DNA of 63,984 bases, the filler included, from Malassezia furfur (lineage: Eukaryota), in NCBI GenBank assembly GCA_052055015.1. It is 9 parts of 9 records of this genome, joined end to end, with 100 filler letters (N's around TTAATTAATTAA, not from the genome) between each part and the next. Parts side by side here need not be neighbours in the genome. Positions count along the whole stretch, not along the records: positions 1 to 7,235 come from JBQJIT010000505.1; positions 7,336 to 14,556 come from JBQJIT010000506.1; 7 more parts are not named here. One strand, written 5' to 3'. The notes below the pieces were generated by a model, which saw nothing but the letters and a program-made list of their open reading frames with translations, was not told the DNA's origin and searched no databases. How positions within the stretch are numbered: the stretch's first letter is position 1; every line of letters begins with the position of its first letter. The position numbers and the translations under genes are program-made. This document shows positions 1 to 10,300 of the stretch, piece after piece.

Positions 1-820
1 CGCGCTGGGCCGCGTGCGCCGTGCCTTGGGCTCCGGCCACGCGTTCTGCCGCGGCGTATCGCGCGCGCCGCGCGTGTTGGTCGAGGCACGCAGCGGCGCG
101 GCGGCGCGCTCTTGGTCATGAGCTACGTGCGAGCGCGGCATGTCGCTCACCGTGACAGTCTCGTGGGAGTGACTGCCGCTGCCCGTATGCGTGTCGGCCT
201 CGCGCGCACGCATGGGTGCGCGGTGCGGCGTGCGGGGTGGCGGGGGTGCGTCGTCGGCGATGGACGATGCGAGTTCGTCGACGCTCGCGCCATACCCGTG
301 CGCGCGGGTGCTTGGCGACACGCTCGACGAGTGCAAGCTGGCGGTCTCGGCGAGGGTGCCGTCCATGACCTGCTCGGCGACGTCGCCGCTGTATGCCTCG
401 AGCTCGGCCATAAGCGTGATGGCCTGGGGCCGGTCGCTGAAGCGGCGGAGCACCTTGAGGACGCTCTCGATGTACAGCTGCTTGGCGTCCTGCTGGGTGT
501 AGCCGCGCTGGCTTTCCCATGCGTCCCTGGGTGAGCGGTGTGCACACGCACCATTTGGCGCGGCCGAGCATGTCAAACATGCCGGGCCGCCGCGAGTCGA
601 CGTCGCCATGGGTCGCTGCGTGAGTGCGGGGGCGCGCGTACCTTGTTTATAGAGCCTGGGTCAGCCGGCGCGGCGATACGTACCCATACAGCGCGAGCTT
701 CTCCTCGTACGACGTCTGGATCGCGCCCGTCGGCGGCAGCGACTGCACGATGTCGACCGTGCGCTCAAAGAGCCTGCGTCAGCGCACCACGTACGCGTCA
801 ATCACGCGCGCACTGCTCAT
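1..820 (-). CDS. Acyl-CoA-binding (ACBP) domain protein with a long C-terminal extension, ACBD5/Atg37-like; 4 introns; 3' end runs off the window start
   Basis: Not in the ORF track. Splicing GT..AG introns at 774-794, 656-683, 616-641 and 527-551 gives MSSARVIDALFERTVDIVQSLPPTGAIQTSYEEKLALYGLYKQATHGDVDSRRPGMFDMLGRAKWDAWESQRG, which contains the ACBP motifs LYGLYKQAT..GD..RPG.FD...RAKWDAW. The frame stays open to position 1. Confidence 0.88.
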
Positions 821-894
821 CCCCAACCGTCGGCCGTGCAGCGTCGCGAAGCGGCGCGTGCCCCGATGACTAAGCGTACGGGTTCTTCCCAACC
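821..894. promoter_or_regulatory. 74-bp divergent spacer between the ACBP gene and PEX3 start codons (probable bidirectional promoter)
   Basis: ATG at 820 (minus) and ATG at 895 (plus) face away from each other. Confidence 0.55.
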
Positions 895-2554
895 ATGGCC
901 CCCGGACCAGCGCCGCGCCGGATATGGCTGCGCCGCGGCCTGAACGTCGTGGCGATCACGACGGGGCTCGTCGGCGGGCTCTACATGCTTGCACAGTTCA
1001 CGCTCACCAAGCTCAATGAGATGCAGGAGCGCTTCCTCCGCGACCGCGTCGCGCGCGAAAAGTACGTGCCCCAACATCTCACGCAGCCTGCGCCGCCGCT
1101 TCCTGCAGAACCAGGAGGACTGCACGTTCACCATCATGGCGCTCCTCCCTACGCTCTCCACGCAAATCTTCCAGGAGATGGACGTCGAGGCGACGCGCCA
1201 GGAGCTCAAGCAGGTCATCGACAGCGCCAAGGAGGCGCCCAAGGTCGCTCCTGCGCCCGAACCCGCGCCGGCGCCAGCGGCCTCCGAAGAGGAGCCGGTG
1301 CGCGCGGCGCATACCACGCACACGATCGGGAGCGCCAAGGCGCCCGACGCAGCGCCGAGCGACGGCGCGCCCGCCGCATCCACGGCGCCGAAGCCCAAGG
1401 CCGGCCTCGATCGCCTGTCCGAGGCGCCGCCGCCGCCCATCTCGTCCGAGGCACGCCTGCCGAAGCCCTCGGCAGCGCAGCAAGAGGACGCACCCGCGCC
1501 CGCGCCTGTGCCCACACCGCCCGCGCCTTCTGACGAGGACCGGCGACAGACCAAGCTGCGGCTCTGGAACGAGATCAAGCTGCAGTCGTTTTCCCGCACA
1601 TTCACGACGCTCTATACGCTTGTCTTCCTGGCGCTGCAGACGCACATCCAGCTGAACATGATCGGGCGGCGTGCGTACCTCGCGGCGCTCGAGTCGCAGG
1701 CGCAGCACGAGTTCCGCGACACGCAGGCCGACCGCGGCGAGAAGGAGAAGCACCACATTGCGCTGCACGACGCGTCCAACCTGCACATCAACGCGCAGCT
1801 GCTCACGGATGACGACGATGCCGTCGGCAACGCTTTGCTCGACCAGGACACCGAGAAAAAGTACCTCACCTCCTCGTACTGGTTCCTGCACCACGGCTGG
1901 AAGACGATCGCGACGCGCGTACAGCGCGCGGTGCAGGCCGAGATGGGCGAGATGCCGCTGCGCACCATTTTGACCTACCACCACTTCCAGGGCGCCATGG
2001 ACCGCATCCGCGAGCGGCTCGAGCATGCGGACGGCAACGAGGATGTGCTTGCGTCCAGCGACGCGTTCCTCGGCAGGCACGGTTTCCGCAACCTGCTCCT
2101 GCCCGAGAGTGTGGAGGACGAGTGTGCGATGCTCGCGAGTGCGGGCGCCATCCTCCCGGATACCCCGACGGACGAGGTGCTGACGCCCCAGCTACGGGCG
2201 CTCCTGGACGAGACCAAGGACTATATCGACTCGCCCGACTTTGCGCGCGTGTTCCGCGTGTCGTGTGACCGCGTGTTTGAGCTGCTGATGCAGCACCTTG
2301 CGCCGTCGTTTGGCGTGCAGTCGGCGCCCGACGACCTGCTGCACGGCACGGCGGACGCGCGGCATCGCGCGCGGGCGCTGGCCGCCGAGAAGCCGCTCGA
2401 GCTCGCGCGTGTGCTTCCGCTCGTGGCGCTGCAGGCGCAAGTCGCCTTCAACACGTCGCCGAACGAGTACGTTGAGGCGATCACCGAGTCGCGCGAGCTG
2501 CGCGCGTTCAGTGTGCTGATGTACACGGCGTGGGGCAGCGACGTGACGCCATAG
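895..2554 (+). CDS. PEX3: Peroxin-3 (peroxisomal membrane biogenesis), 1 intron (1062-1086)
   Basis: N-terminal basic stretch plus TM segment (RRGLNVVAITTGLVGGLY). Removing the 25-nt intron gives ARENLRRRFLQNQEDC. Also KLRLWNEIKLQSFSRT, HIQLNMIGRRAY, LLDETKDYIDSPDF and ELRAFS, all typical of fungal Pex3. Confidence 0.93.
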
Positions 2555-2643
2555 ATCCGCCGCCACGTGCGCACCAGATCGGGGCGTGCAGCCGGCAAAC
2601 TTTTTTTTTTTTGGCGGCGCGCGTGCCCTTTCTTTATTGCAGG

Positions 2644-5600
2644 ATGTCCATGAGTGCGCCGGTGCAAGCGCTGCTCGAGAGCAGCTCAAGTGCCGATGCG
2701 CATCTGGCAGCCGAGAAGCTGGCCGAGTATGTAAATGAGCAGGGCCTGCGCGTGACGGCGCGCGAACATATCCTCGACACGCTGGTCGAGCGCCTGCGCT
2801 CGAAGAAGTCGGCGAGCGACCGCGAGCGTGCCGCGATTGGGCTCGGTGCGCTCGCGACCAAGGTGGGCGGCAAGAATGCGCCGATGCCGAACGGCGCGGA
2901 GCCGTGGCTGGGCGTGGCGCTCGTGCCGCTCCTCGAGAACTACGCGGACAAGAACGACGCCGCGAAGAAGGCCGCCGAGTCGGCCGTGTCGGCGCTCGCG
3001 GCGCTGTACCCCCCCGAGGCGATCCCCGAGCTGCTCGACAACCTGTACCTCGTGATCAAGTCGAGCAGCGTCAAGTGGCAGGCGAAGGTCGGCGCGCTCA
3101 AGGTCATGTCGCGCCTCGCCGACCGCGCGTTTGAGCAGGTCGGCGACGAGCTCGCGCACATGACGCCCGTGCTCACCGAGGCGATGCACGAGACCAAGGC
3201 CGAGGTGTCGAAGCAGGCGATCAAGACCGCGACGAAGGTGTGCGGTGTGATCGACAACAACGACATCCGCCCCTTCATCCCCGACCTGGTCGGGTGCATG
3301 GCCCGGCCCGATACGGTGCCCGAGTGCATCAAGAAGCTCTCGTCGATCACGTTTGTCGCCGAGGTGACGGGCCCCGCACTGGCGGTCATGGTGCCGCTGC
3401 TGAGTCGTGCGCTGAACGAGCGCAGCCAGACGGTGCAGCGCCAGTCGGTGATCATCGTGGACAACCTGTGCAAGCTGGTGCGCGACCCCCACACGGCGGC
3501 GACCTTCCTGCCCGAGCTGTACCCTGCCGTGAAGCGCATCGAGGAGGGCGCGAGCTTCCCTGAGGTGCGTGAGCACGCCAAGAGCGCCGCGGACACGCTG
3601 CGCACCGCGTTCGACGCCGCCGAGTCGAAGAAGCAGACGGTGGATCCCGCGCAGGCGCAGCGGCGCGCGCGGCATGCGGCGCTCAAGGCGCTGGCCGGTG
3701 CGGTGCAGTCGCACATGCCCGAGGGCGTCGAGGCGATGAACGACGCGTGGACGCTCGTGGGCCTGGAGTACGTCGCGCGCCTCATTGTGCGCCTGGCGGA
3801 CAAGCGCATGGTGCAGGCCGAGGCGTGGAACGACGTGTATGTGCTGCCGTACGTGCGCCGGATCACGGCGACGCCCGAGGGCGCGCAGGCGGCGACGGAC
3901 GCGGTGCGTGCCGAGTACGTCAAGCTCGACACGGAGCGCTTCGGGCAGCCCGAGGACGACGACGCGGACATTGAGGGCGAGCAGCTGTGCAAGACGGTGT
4001 TCTCGCTGGCGTACGGCGGTCTGCTCCTGCTGAACCACACGATGCTGCGCCTGCACCGCGGGCACCGCTACGGCATTGTCGCCGCGAACGGCAGCGGCAA
4101 GTCGACGCTGCTCAAGGCGATGCGCGACGGCAAGGTCGAGGGCTATCCGCCGCCCGAGGAGGTGCGCACGGTGATGGTGGAGCACTCGCTCCAGGGCGAG
4201 GACGGCTCGAAGCCGATCCTCGACTTTGTCGCCGAGGACAAGCAGCTCGCGCACAAGACGCGCGAGCAGGTCGCCGAGGCGCTGCACTCGGTCGGCTTTG
4301 ACGACGAGCGCCAGAGCAACCCGGTGGGCAGCCTGTCGGGCGGGTGGAAGATGAAGCTGGAGCTTGCGCGCGCGATGCTGATCGGCGCCGACATCCTGCT
4401 GCTGGACGAGCCGACGAACCACTTGGACGTGGCGTCGATCGCGTGGCTCGAGCAGTACCTCGTGAACAACAAGGACATCACCGTGCTCACCGTGTCGCAC
4501 GACTCGAGCTTCCTCGACAACGTGTGCACGGACATCATCCACTACGAGCACAAGAAGCTCAAGTACTACCGCGGCAACCTGTCGGCGTTCGTGAGCAAGC
4601 GCCCCGAGGCCAAGTCGTACTACTCGCTCGCCGCGACGTCGGTCAAGTTCTCCTTCCCGCCGCCCGGCTCGCTGATGGGTGTGCGCTCCAACACGCGCAC
4701 GATCCTCAAGGCGTCGCACGTCACGGTGCAGTACCCTGGCATGTCGCGCCCGTCGCTCGTTGACGCGTCGGTGAGCATCTCGCTGTCGAGCCGTGTCGGT
4801 GTCATTGGCCCGAACGGTGCCGGCAAGTCGACGCTGATCAAGGTGCTCACCGGCGAGATCGTCCCGACCGAGGGCAAGGTCGAGAAGCACCCCAACCTGC
4901 GTGTCGCGCTCATGGCACAGCACGCGTTCCACCACCTCGAGCAGCACCTCGAGAAGACCGCGTGCCAGTACATCACCTGGCGCTACCAGGACGGCCACGA
5001 CCGCGAGATCACCGAGAAGGTCACGCGCAAGCTGTCCGAGGAGGAGGCGCGCCAGATGGAGACGCCCATCGTCTCCACCACCGGCGAGAAGCGCAAGGTG
5101 GAGTTCATCGTGGGCCGCAGCAAGCTCAAGAAGAGCTTCCAGTACGAGATCAAGTGGGTCGGCATGGACCACAAGTACAACACGTGGATCCCCCGCGAGC
5201 GCCTGCTCGAGCTCGGCTTCTCGAAGCTCGTGCAGAAGTTTGACGACTTCGACTCGTCGCGCGAGGGCGCGGGCAGCCGCGACCTGAGCCAGAAGGCGAT
5301 CCGCAAGGAGCTCGAGGCGGTCGGCCTCAACGGCGAGATCGCCGAGAACAACGCCATGGCCGGCTACTCGGGCGGGCAAAAGGTCAAGGTCGTGCTCGCT
5401 GCGGCGCTATGGAACAACCCGCAGGTGCTTGTGCTCGACGAGCCCACGAACTACCTGGACCGCGAGGCGCTCGGTGGCCTCGCGGTCGCGATCCGCGAGT
5501 GGGGCGGCGCGGTGGTGATCATCTCGCACAACAACGAGTTCATCTCGGCGCTCTGCCCTGAGATCTGGCGTGTGGAGAACGGGCACATTGTGTCGAAGAC

Positions 5601-5901
5601 GAAGACGGACGTGGCCACGGAGAACTTTGCCGAGGACGGCGCGCCCGCCTCCGAGACGCCCTCAGAGGCGACGCCCGCGCCGAGCGCGCTCCCCAGCGCG
5701 GTCAACAGCGCGGTCAACAGCGGCGCCAACACGCCCGCGACGCAGTCCGACGACGAGGACATGTCCAAGCTCAAGGCCAAGAAGGGCAAGAAGAAGCTCA
5801 CACGCAACGAGAAGAAGGCGCAGGAGGAGCGCCGCCGCCTCCGCCTCAACCGCTGGCTGCAGTACGGCGGCGAGCGCGAGCCCGACACGGACGACGAGTA
5901 G
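2644..5901 (+). CDS. NEW1: eEF3-family ABC-F translation factor, New1/Elf1 type (HEAT, 2 ABC domains, chromodomain insert)
   Basis: Two Walker A motifs (NGSGKST, GPNGAGKST), LSGGW and LLLDEPTN. EHSLQGEDG, FPPPGSLMGVRSNTR and the tail KKLTRNEKK..ERRRLR..WL..DTDDE fit New1/Elf1 better than Yef3. First ATG at 2644. Confidence 0.88.
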   Translation: MSMSAPVQALLESSSSADAHLAAEKLAEYVNEQGLRVTAREHILDTLVERLRSKKSASDRERAAIGLGALATKVGGKNAPMPNGAEPWLGVALVPLLENYADKNDAAKKAAESAVSALAALYPPEAIPELLDNLYLVIKSSSVKWQAKVGALKVMSRLADRAFEQVGDELAHMTPVLTEAMHETKAEVSKQAIKTATKVCGVIDNNDIRPFIPDLVGCMARPDTVPECIKKLSSITFVAEVTGPALAVMVPLLSRALNERSQTVQRQSVIIVDNLCKLVRDPHTAATFLPELYPAVKRIEEGASFPEVREHAKSAADTLRTAFDAAESKKQTVDPAQAQRRARHAALKALAGAVQSHMPEGVEAMNDAWTLVGLEYVARLIVRLADKRMVQAEAWNDVYVLPYVRRITATPEGAQAATDAVRAEYVKLDTERFGQPEDDDADIEGEQLCKTVFSLAYGGLLLLNHTMLRLHRGHRYGIVAANGSGKSTLLKAMRDGKVEGYPPPEEVRTVMVEHSLQGEDGSKPILDFVAEDKQLAHKTREQVAEALHSVGFDDERQSNPVGSLSGGWKMKLELARAMLIGADILLLDEPTNHLDVASIAWLEQYLVNNKDITVLTVSHDSSFLDNVCTDIIHYEHKKLKYYRGNLSAFVSKRPEAKSYYSLAATSVKFSFPPPGSLMGVRSNTRTILKASHVTVQYPGMSRPSLVDASVSISLSSRVGVIGPNGAGKSTLIKVLTGEIVPTEGKVEKHPNLRVALMAQHAFHHLEQHLEKTACQYITWRYQDGHDREITEKVTRKLSEEEARQMETPIVSTTGEKRKVEFIVGRSKLKKSFQYEIKWVGMDHKYNTWIPRERLLELGFSKLVQKFDDFDSSREGAGSRDLSQKAIRKELEAVGLNGEIAENNAMAGYSGGQKVKVVLAAALWNNPQVLVLDEPTNYLDREALGGLAVAIREWGGAVVIISHNNEFISALCPEIWRVENGHIVSKTKTDVATENFAEDGAPASETPSEATPAPSALPSAVNSAVNSGANTPATQSDDEDMSKLKAKKGKKKLTRNEKKAQEERRRLRLNRWLQYGGEREPDTDDE

Positions 5902-5950
5902 ATAGCCCCGCAGTGCGTCCGGCCGTTTCGACCACGTGACCCTTTCGACG

Positions 5951-7235
5951 ATGAGCTTGGCGCCGCTGCCGGTGCACGCGGTGGACGCGTCGGAGCGGTA
6001 CCTCGTCGCGCTCACGGGCGCCAACCTTGTGCTGTACGAGCGCGCTAGCGGCATGCTGCTCGCCGCGCTCGACGCGCGCATCGACGCAGGCACGCCGGGC
6101 GATGCCACGGTCGCGGCCTTCCCCCGCCTGTGTGCGCTGTCGCCCAGCGAGACGTTTGTCGCGGTCGCTTCGGACGACAAGACGCTGCGCGTGTGGCGCA
6201 CCGCGGACATGGCGCGCGACAAGGAGGTCGTACGCCAGCGCCTCGCGAAGCGCGCGGGCACGCTGCAGTGGACGCACTACGACCTGAACGGCACGCTCGG
6301 CGAAGAAGTCGTCGTCGCCGACAAGTTTGGCGACGTTTGGAGCTGGCCCGTAGACGCCTCCGTCGCGCCCGCCGCGCTGCCGGACGCCGCCGAGGAGGAC
6401 CCGGCCGAGGCCGTGGTCAAGCCGCGCCTCGGGCACGTCAGCATGGTGACGTGCCTGGCGTTCCTCGGCGCGCCCATCCCCCGGCAGATTGTCAGTGCGG
6501 ACCGCGACGAGCACATCCGCATCTCGCGCTGGGGCGCGCGCCGCGCGGGGCACATCGTCACGCAGTACCTGCTGGGCTCCTCGAGCTTTGTCGGTGCGCT
6601 GCTCCCGCTCGCGGCCGCCGACGCCCGCGCGGCACACCTTGCCGAGCACGACACGCTCGTCTCTGCGGACGGCGGGCATGTGCTCCGTGTCTGGACGCAG
6701 GCCGAGAGCGGGGCATACGCGCCGCGCGCCGTCGTCACGCTCGACGCCGCGGCGCTGCGCAAGTACGTGTGTGTCGACGCGGACGTCGAGCGGCGCAGGG
6801 AGCGCGCGGCGAGCAACATCGGCCTGCGCGACGCGTTCGACCCCGCCGCGAAGCCGCCGCCGAAGCGCAAGCGCCCCGATGGCGAGGACGGCGAGGAGCA
6901 CGCGATGGACCCTGCGCCGCTCGTCCTGACGCGCCTGCTGCGCGTCGCCGACGACCAGGTGCTGCTCACGTGGGAGGGCGCCTCGGTGCTGGCGCTCGTG
7001 CCGCTCGCGGAGCTTGCGACGACGCGCACGCTCGACGACGTCTACCTGTACGACGTGCACGCGCCCGTGCTGAGCGTCGCGTACGTCTCCGCGGCGCATA
7101 CCCTGTACGTAGCGACGGACGACCGGCCGGGGATCGCCGAGGGCCCCGCGCTGCGTGCGTTCACGGTGGGCGCGAAGCAGCTCACGCCGCACGCGCTGCC
7201 CGGCGACGCGCTTGCGCAGCTCGCCGGCACGGTGC
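5951..7235 (+). CDS. TRM82: tRNA m7G46 methyltransferase WD40 subunit; 3' truncated by the linker
   Basis: Trm82/WDR4 motifs VADKFGDV, LGHVSMVT and SADRDEHIRISR; ATG at 5951. Confidence 0.9.
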
Positions 7236-7335
7236 NNNNNNNNNNNNNNNNNNNNNNNNNNNNNNNNNNNNNNNNNNNNTTAATTAATTAANNNNNNNNN
7301 NNNNNNNNNNNNNNNNNNNNNNNNNNNNNNNNNNN
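7236..7335. other. Artificial contig linker N44-TTAATTAATTAA-N44
   Basis: 100-nt N run with a 12-mer giving stops in all six frames; identical at all eight junctions. Confidence 0.97.
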
Positions 7336-10300
7336 CCACCGTCGCGGTGAACATGTTGAGGAAGATGTACATCGAGATGATGTTCCACGTAATGAACAAA
7401 AAGTAGGCCCACGGCAGTGAGCCGCAGTCGGTCTCGAGATAGTTGTACGATGGCGTGCACAGCGGTGGCTGCACGGTGTAGTCGTGCATGTACGAGTTCC
7501 ACCCCTCGCCCGTGGACGTCATCAGCAAAAAGACGAGCGTACCCCAGAGTGAGCTGAGGTTCTTGGCGTACGTCTCGTTGGCGCCCCACTTGGTCAGCCC
7601 AAACACTTCGACGAGCATGATGCCCCACACAAAGAACATGGTGAGCCACAGCAGGAACAGGCTAAAGATGGCCGGAACACTGCCGATGGCCGTCTTAAAC
7701 AGCTGGTTGAGCGAGTCGTTGCGCTGCACCAGCTTCAGCGCCACGCCCGTCAAGAAGATTTTTTGCAACTGCGCATGCACCTGCGAGCCGCCCGCGTGCG
7801 CCGCGAGCGGAATGCTGGTGCCCATGACGCCGGCCATGACCACCACGTCGTACCAGTTCCACAAATTCCGCATAAAGCTCGAGGCACCCAGCCCAATGAG
7901 GCGCACAAGGATGTCAGCGAGGTACACGGTGGCCAACACTGTGTAGATAATGCTCCGGATGCGCTCCGCGTACGGCGGGTCGCTGAACTGCTGCGTGACA
8001 AGGACCACGAGGATGCACAGGTGCATGATGGTCATCGAACGCAGCCACCAGCCCTGCTTAAGCGTCGCTGCCCGATAGCACCACTTCACAAACGGATTTT
8101 TGGGCATGACCCTCGGCCGCTTGGACGCCGTCTGGCGGCGCAGCTGGCGCTTGAGATCGAGCCACTGGCGCTGCTCGGTGGTAAGGTAGGCCGCACCCGA
8201 GTACCGCTGGAAGTTTTCGATGATCACCGACACGAACAACGTCAAGACGCTCACGGCGCCGATCAGGTTGTAGATCAAAAAGAAGAGCGCATTGTGCTGC
8301 GCGGCGTCGGTTTGCGGTTGCTGGTCGCGCCCGACAATCTTCATCGCCTGCGTCATCACATCGATCCACCCCTCCAGCGAGACAATCTCAAACAGAATCA
8401 GCAGCGAGCTCTTAAAGTCGTCAAACGAGTAGTGGCTCCCCTCGGTCGGGTTTGCCCACACGCGCGGGGCCAGGAACGACCAGTTGAGCGGCGACGAGGA
8501 AAACTCGCCGTGACAGTCGAGCTTCGAGCGGATCGAGGAGCTGTCGTCATTGCACGAATACATCAGGCCGGCGAATAGATTTTGGCCCCACACCGCATAC
8601 GGAATGATGTAAAGCAGCGCGAGTAGCGACGCATCCAGAATACGGCCCGCACCGGCAATCATGACCGCGTGGAAGGTGTCGCGCATGAGCGCCGACAGGT
8701 TGATCAGCCTCAGCGCACGGAACGCCTTGAGTGCACGCGTAAAGTGCGACACACCGCCGGCAACCACCAGCTCGCTAATGACGTTGATCAGCAGCGAGAT
8801 CAGCACAAACATGTCGAGCAAATTCCACACGCTGAGCACATACGCGTTCGGCGTAAACGCCAGGCCATCGGCGATCGTCTTGACAAAGAACTCGAGCACG
8901 AAAAAGACGGACAGGCTCAACTCGATCACCGAGAACCACGAGGCAAACACCACGCCGTGGTCCGCGTAGTACTGCTTGCGGTACTGCGGCGTGGCGATCG
9001 CCGCAACCACCACGGAGCCGACGATCGCCGCAAAAATGGTCGACTGAAACACATAGTTGCGTATGCGCGACATTGGCCGCCCAAACATGCGCTCGCCGTG
9101 TGAGCACGGTGTGAGGCTCTGGCAGAAGCGCCGGATCGGGTTCCTGTTCGAGAAGAGGAAGTAGGAGCGGTCATACGACGGGTGCTCGGCGATGGTGCGT
9201 GCCATGCGGATGCGCGGGTCGTTTTCGGAGCGATGCATATAGTCCTGCAAAAACTCGGCTTGGTCTGCTTCGTGATCTGTGAGACCCAGATCCGTGCGCA
9301 AATCTCGCACCGCCTGTCGCCCGCCGACGAGCCGCGCCTGCTCATCCTCGTCGTAGTAGACGTGCTCGTACTCGTATAGCGTACGCCGCCGCGCACTGGG
9401 ATCGTCACCAGCCTCTTGCATGCGTGCCTGTAGCGCCTTGAATCGCGCGTGCTCGCGGGGCTTGTCGAGGCGCAGCACGCGCTGCAGCGTGTCCACCGCT
9501 TGACCTGCGCGGTCGGGCGTAATGAGCTGCATAAACAGGCTCGGCTTCTTATTCTCGGCGTCATCGGCGGACGGGCCGGCGATGGCATTAAGCGGCACGA
9601 TCGGCTCGGCCGCCTGCTCCGGAACGACACCGCCGGGCGTCGGCAGTTTCGGCTCGCGTGGGTGCCGCTCACGAAACGGACTAAACATTTGCATCAGTCG
9701 CTCAAGGCGGGACATGCGCCGCGGTTCGGAACGTTTGAGGTATGCCTCCATTTGCCGCTTGTACTTGTCGCCCTCGGCCACGCGGAAGTTTTCGTTAATC
9801 ACCGCAATGAACATCTGCAGCACAATAAAGTTAGCGAAAATGAACCAGCCCACGAGGAAGATGCCGGCGATAACCGCCTGATGGTAGTTACGCTCGGTGC
9901 TGAGCACATTAAACAGCGGGTCGGTCCAGTTCTCCGAGGAGAAGACTTGGTACACGGCTAGGAAGCCGTTGAAGAGCTGCTTCCAAGTCATTTCGTGCTC
10001 CTCGCCATCGTCGTCTTCGCTGGGAATATCGCCGCGGAAGAGCTGGACGCTAAACAAGGCCGCCATAAAAATCACCATGATGAGGAAGGCAATCATGTTG
10101 AACAGCGAGTCCACCGAACCCAACACGCGCTGCAGCAGCACACGCATGCGCGGGATCGCCGCAATCACACGGTAGAACCGCGCCAGCTGGAAAAAGGTCA
10201 ACCACGGGTACCACCCGGACTGGTGTACCGCGGGAATCTGAATCACCGACGTGATTACCGCGAGGAACAGGTCGACGACGTTGTGCTTTTTGTGCAGAAA

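Noticed and set aside
2644..5901. Call as canonical elongation factor 3 (YEF3)
   Set aside because: The diagnostic segments (EHSLQGE, PPPG..GVRSNTR, KKLTRNEKK tail) fit the New1/Elf1 paralogue better.
7280..7291. Repeated TTAATTAATTAA at regular ~7.2-kb spacing, superficially like a repeat array or recombination site
   Set aside because: It is always embedded in N44 runs and is an artificial six-frame-stop linker.
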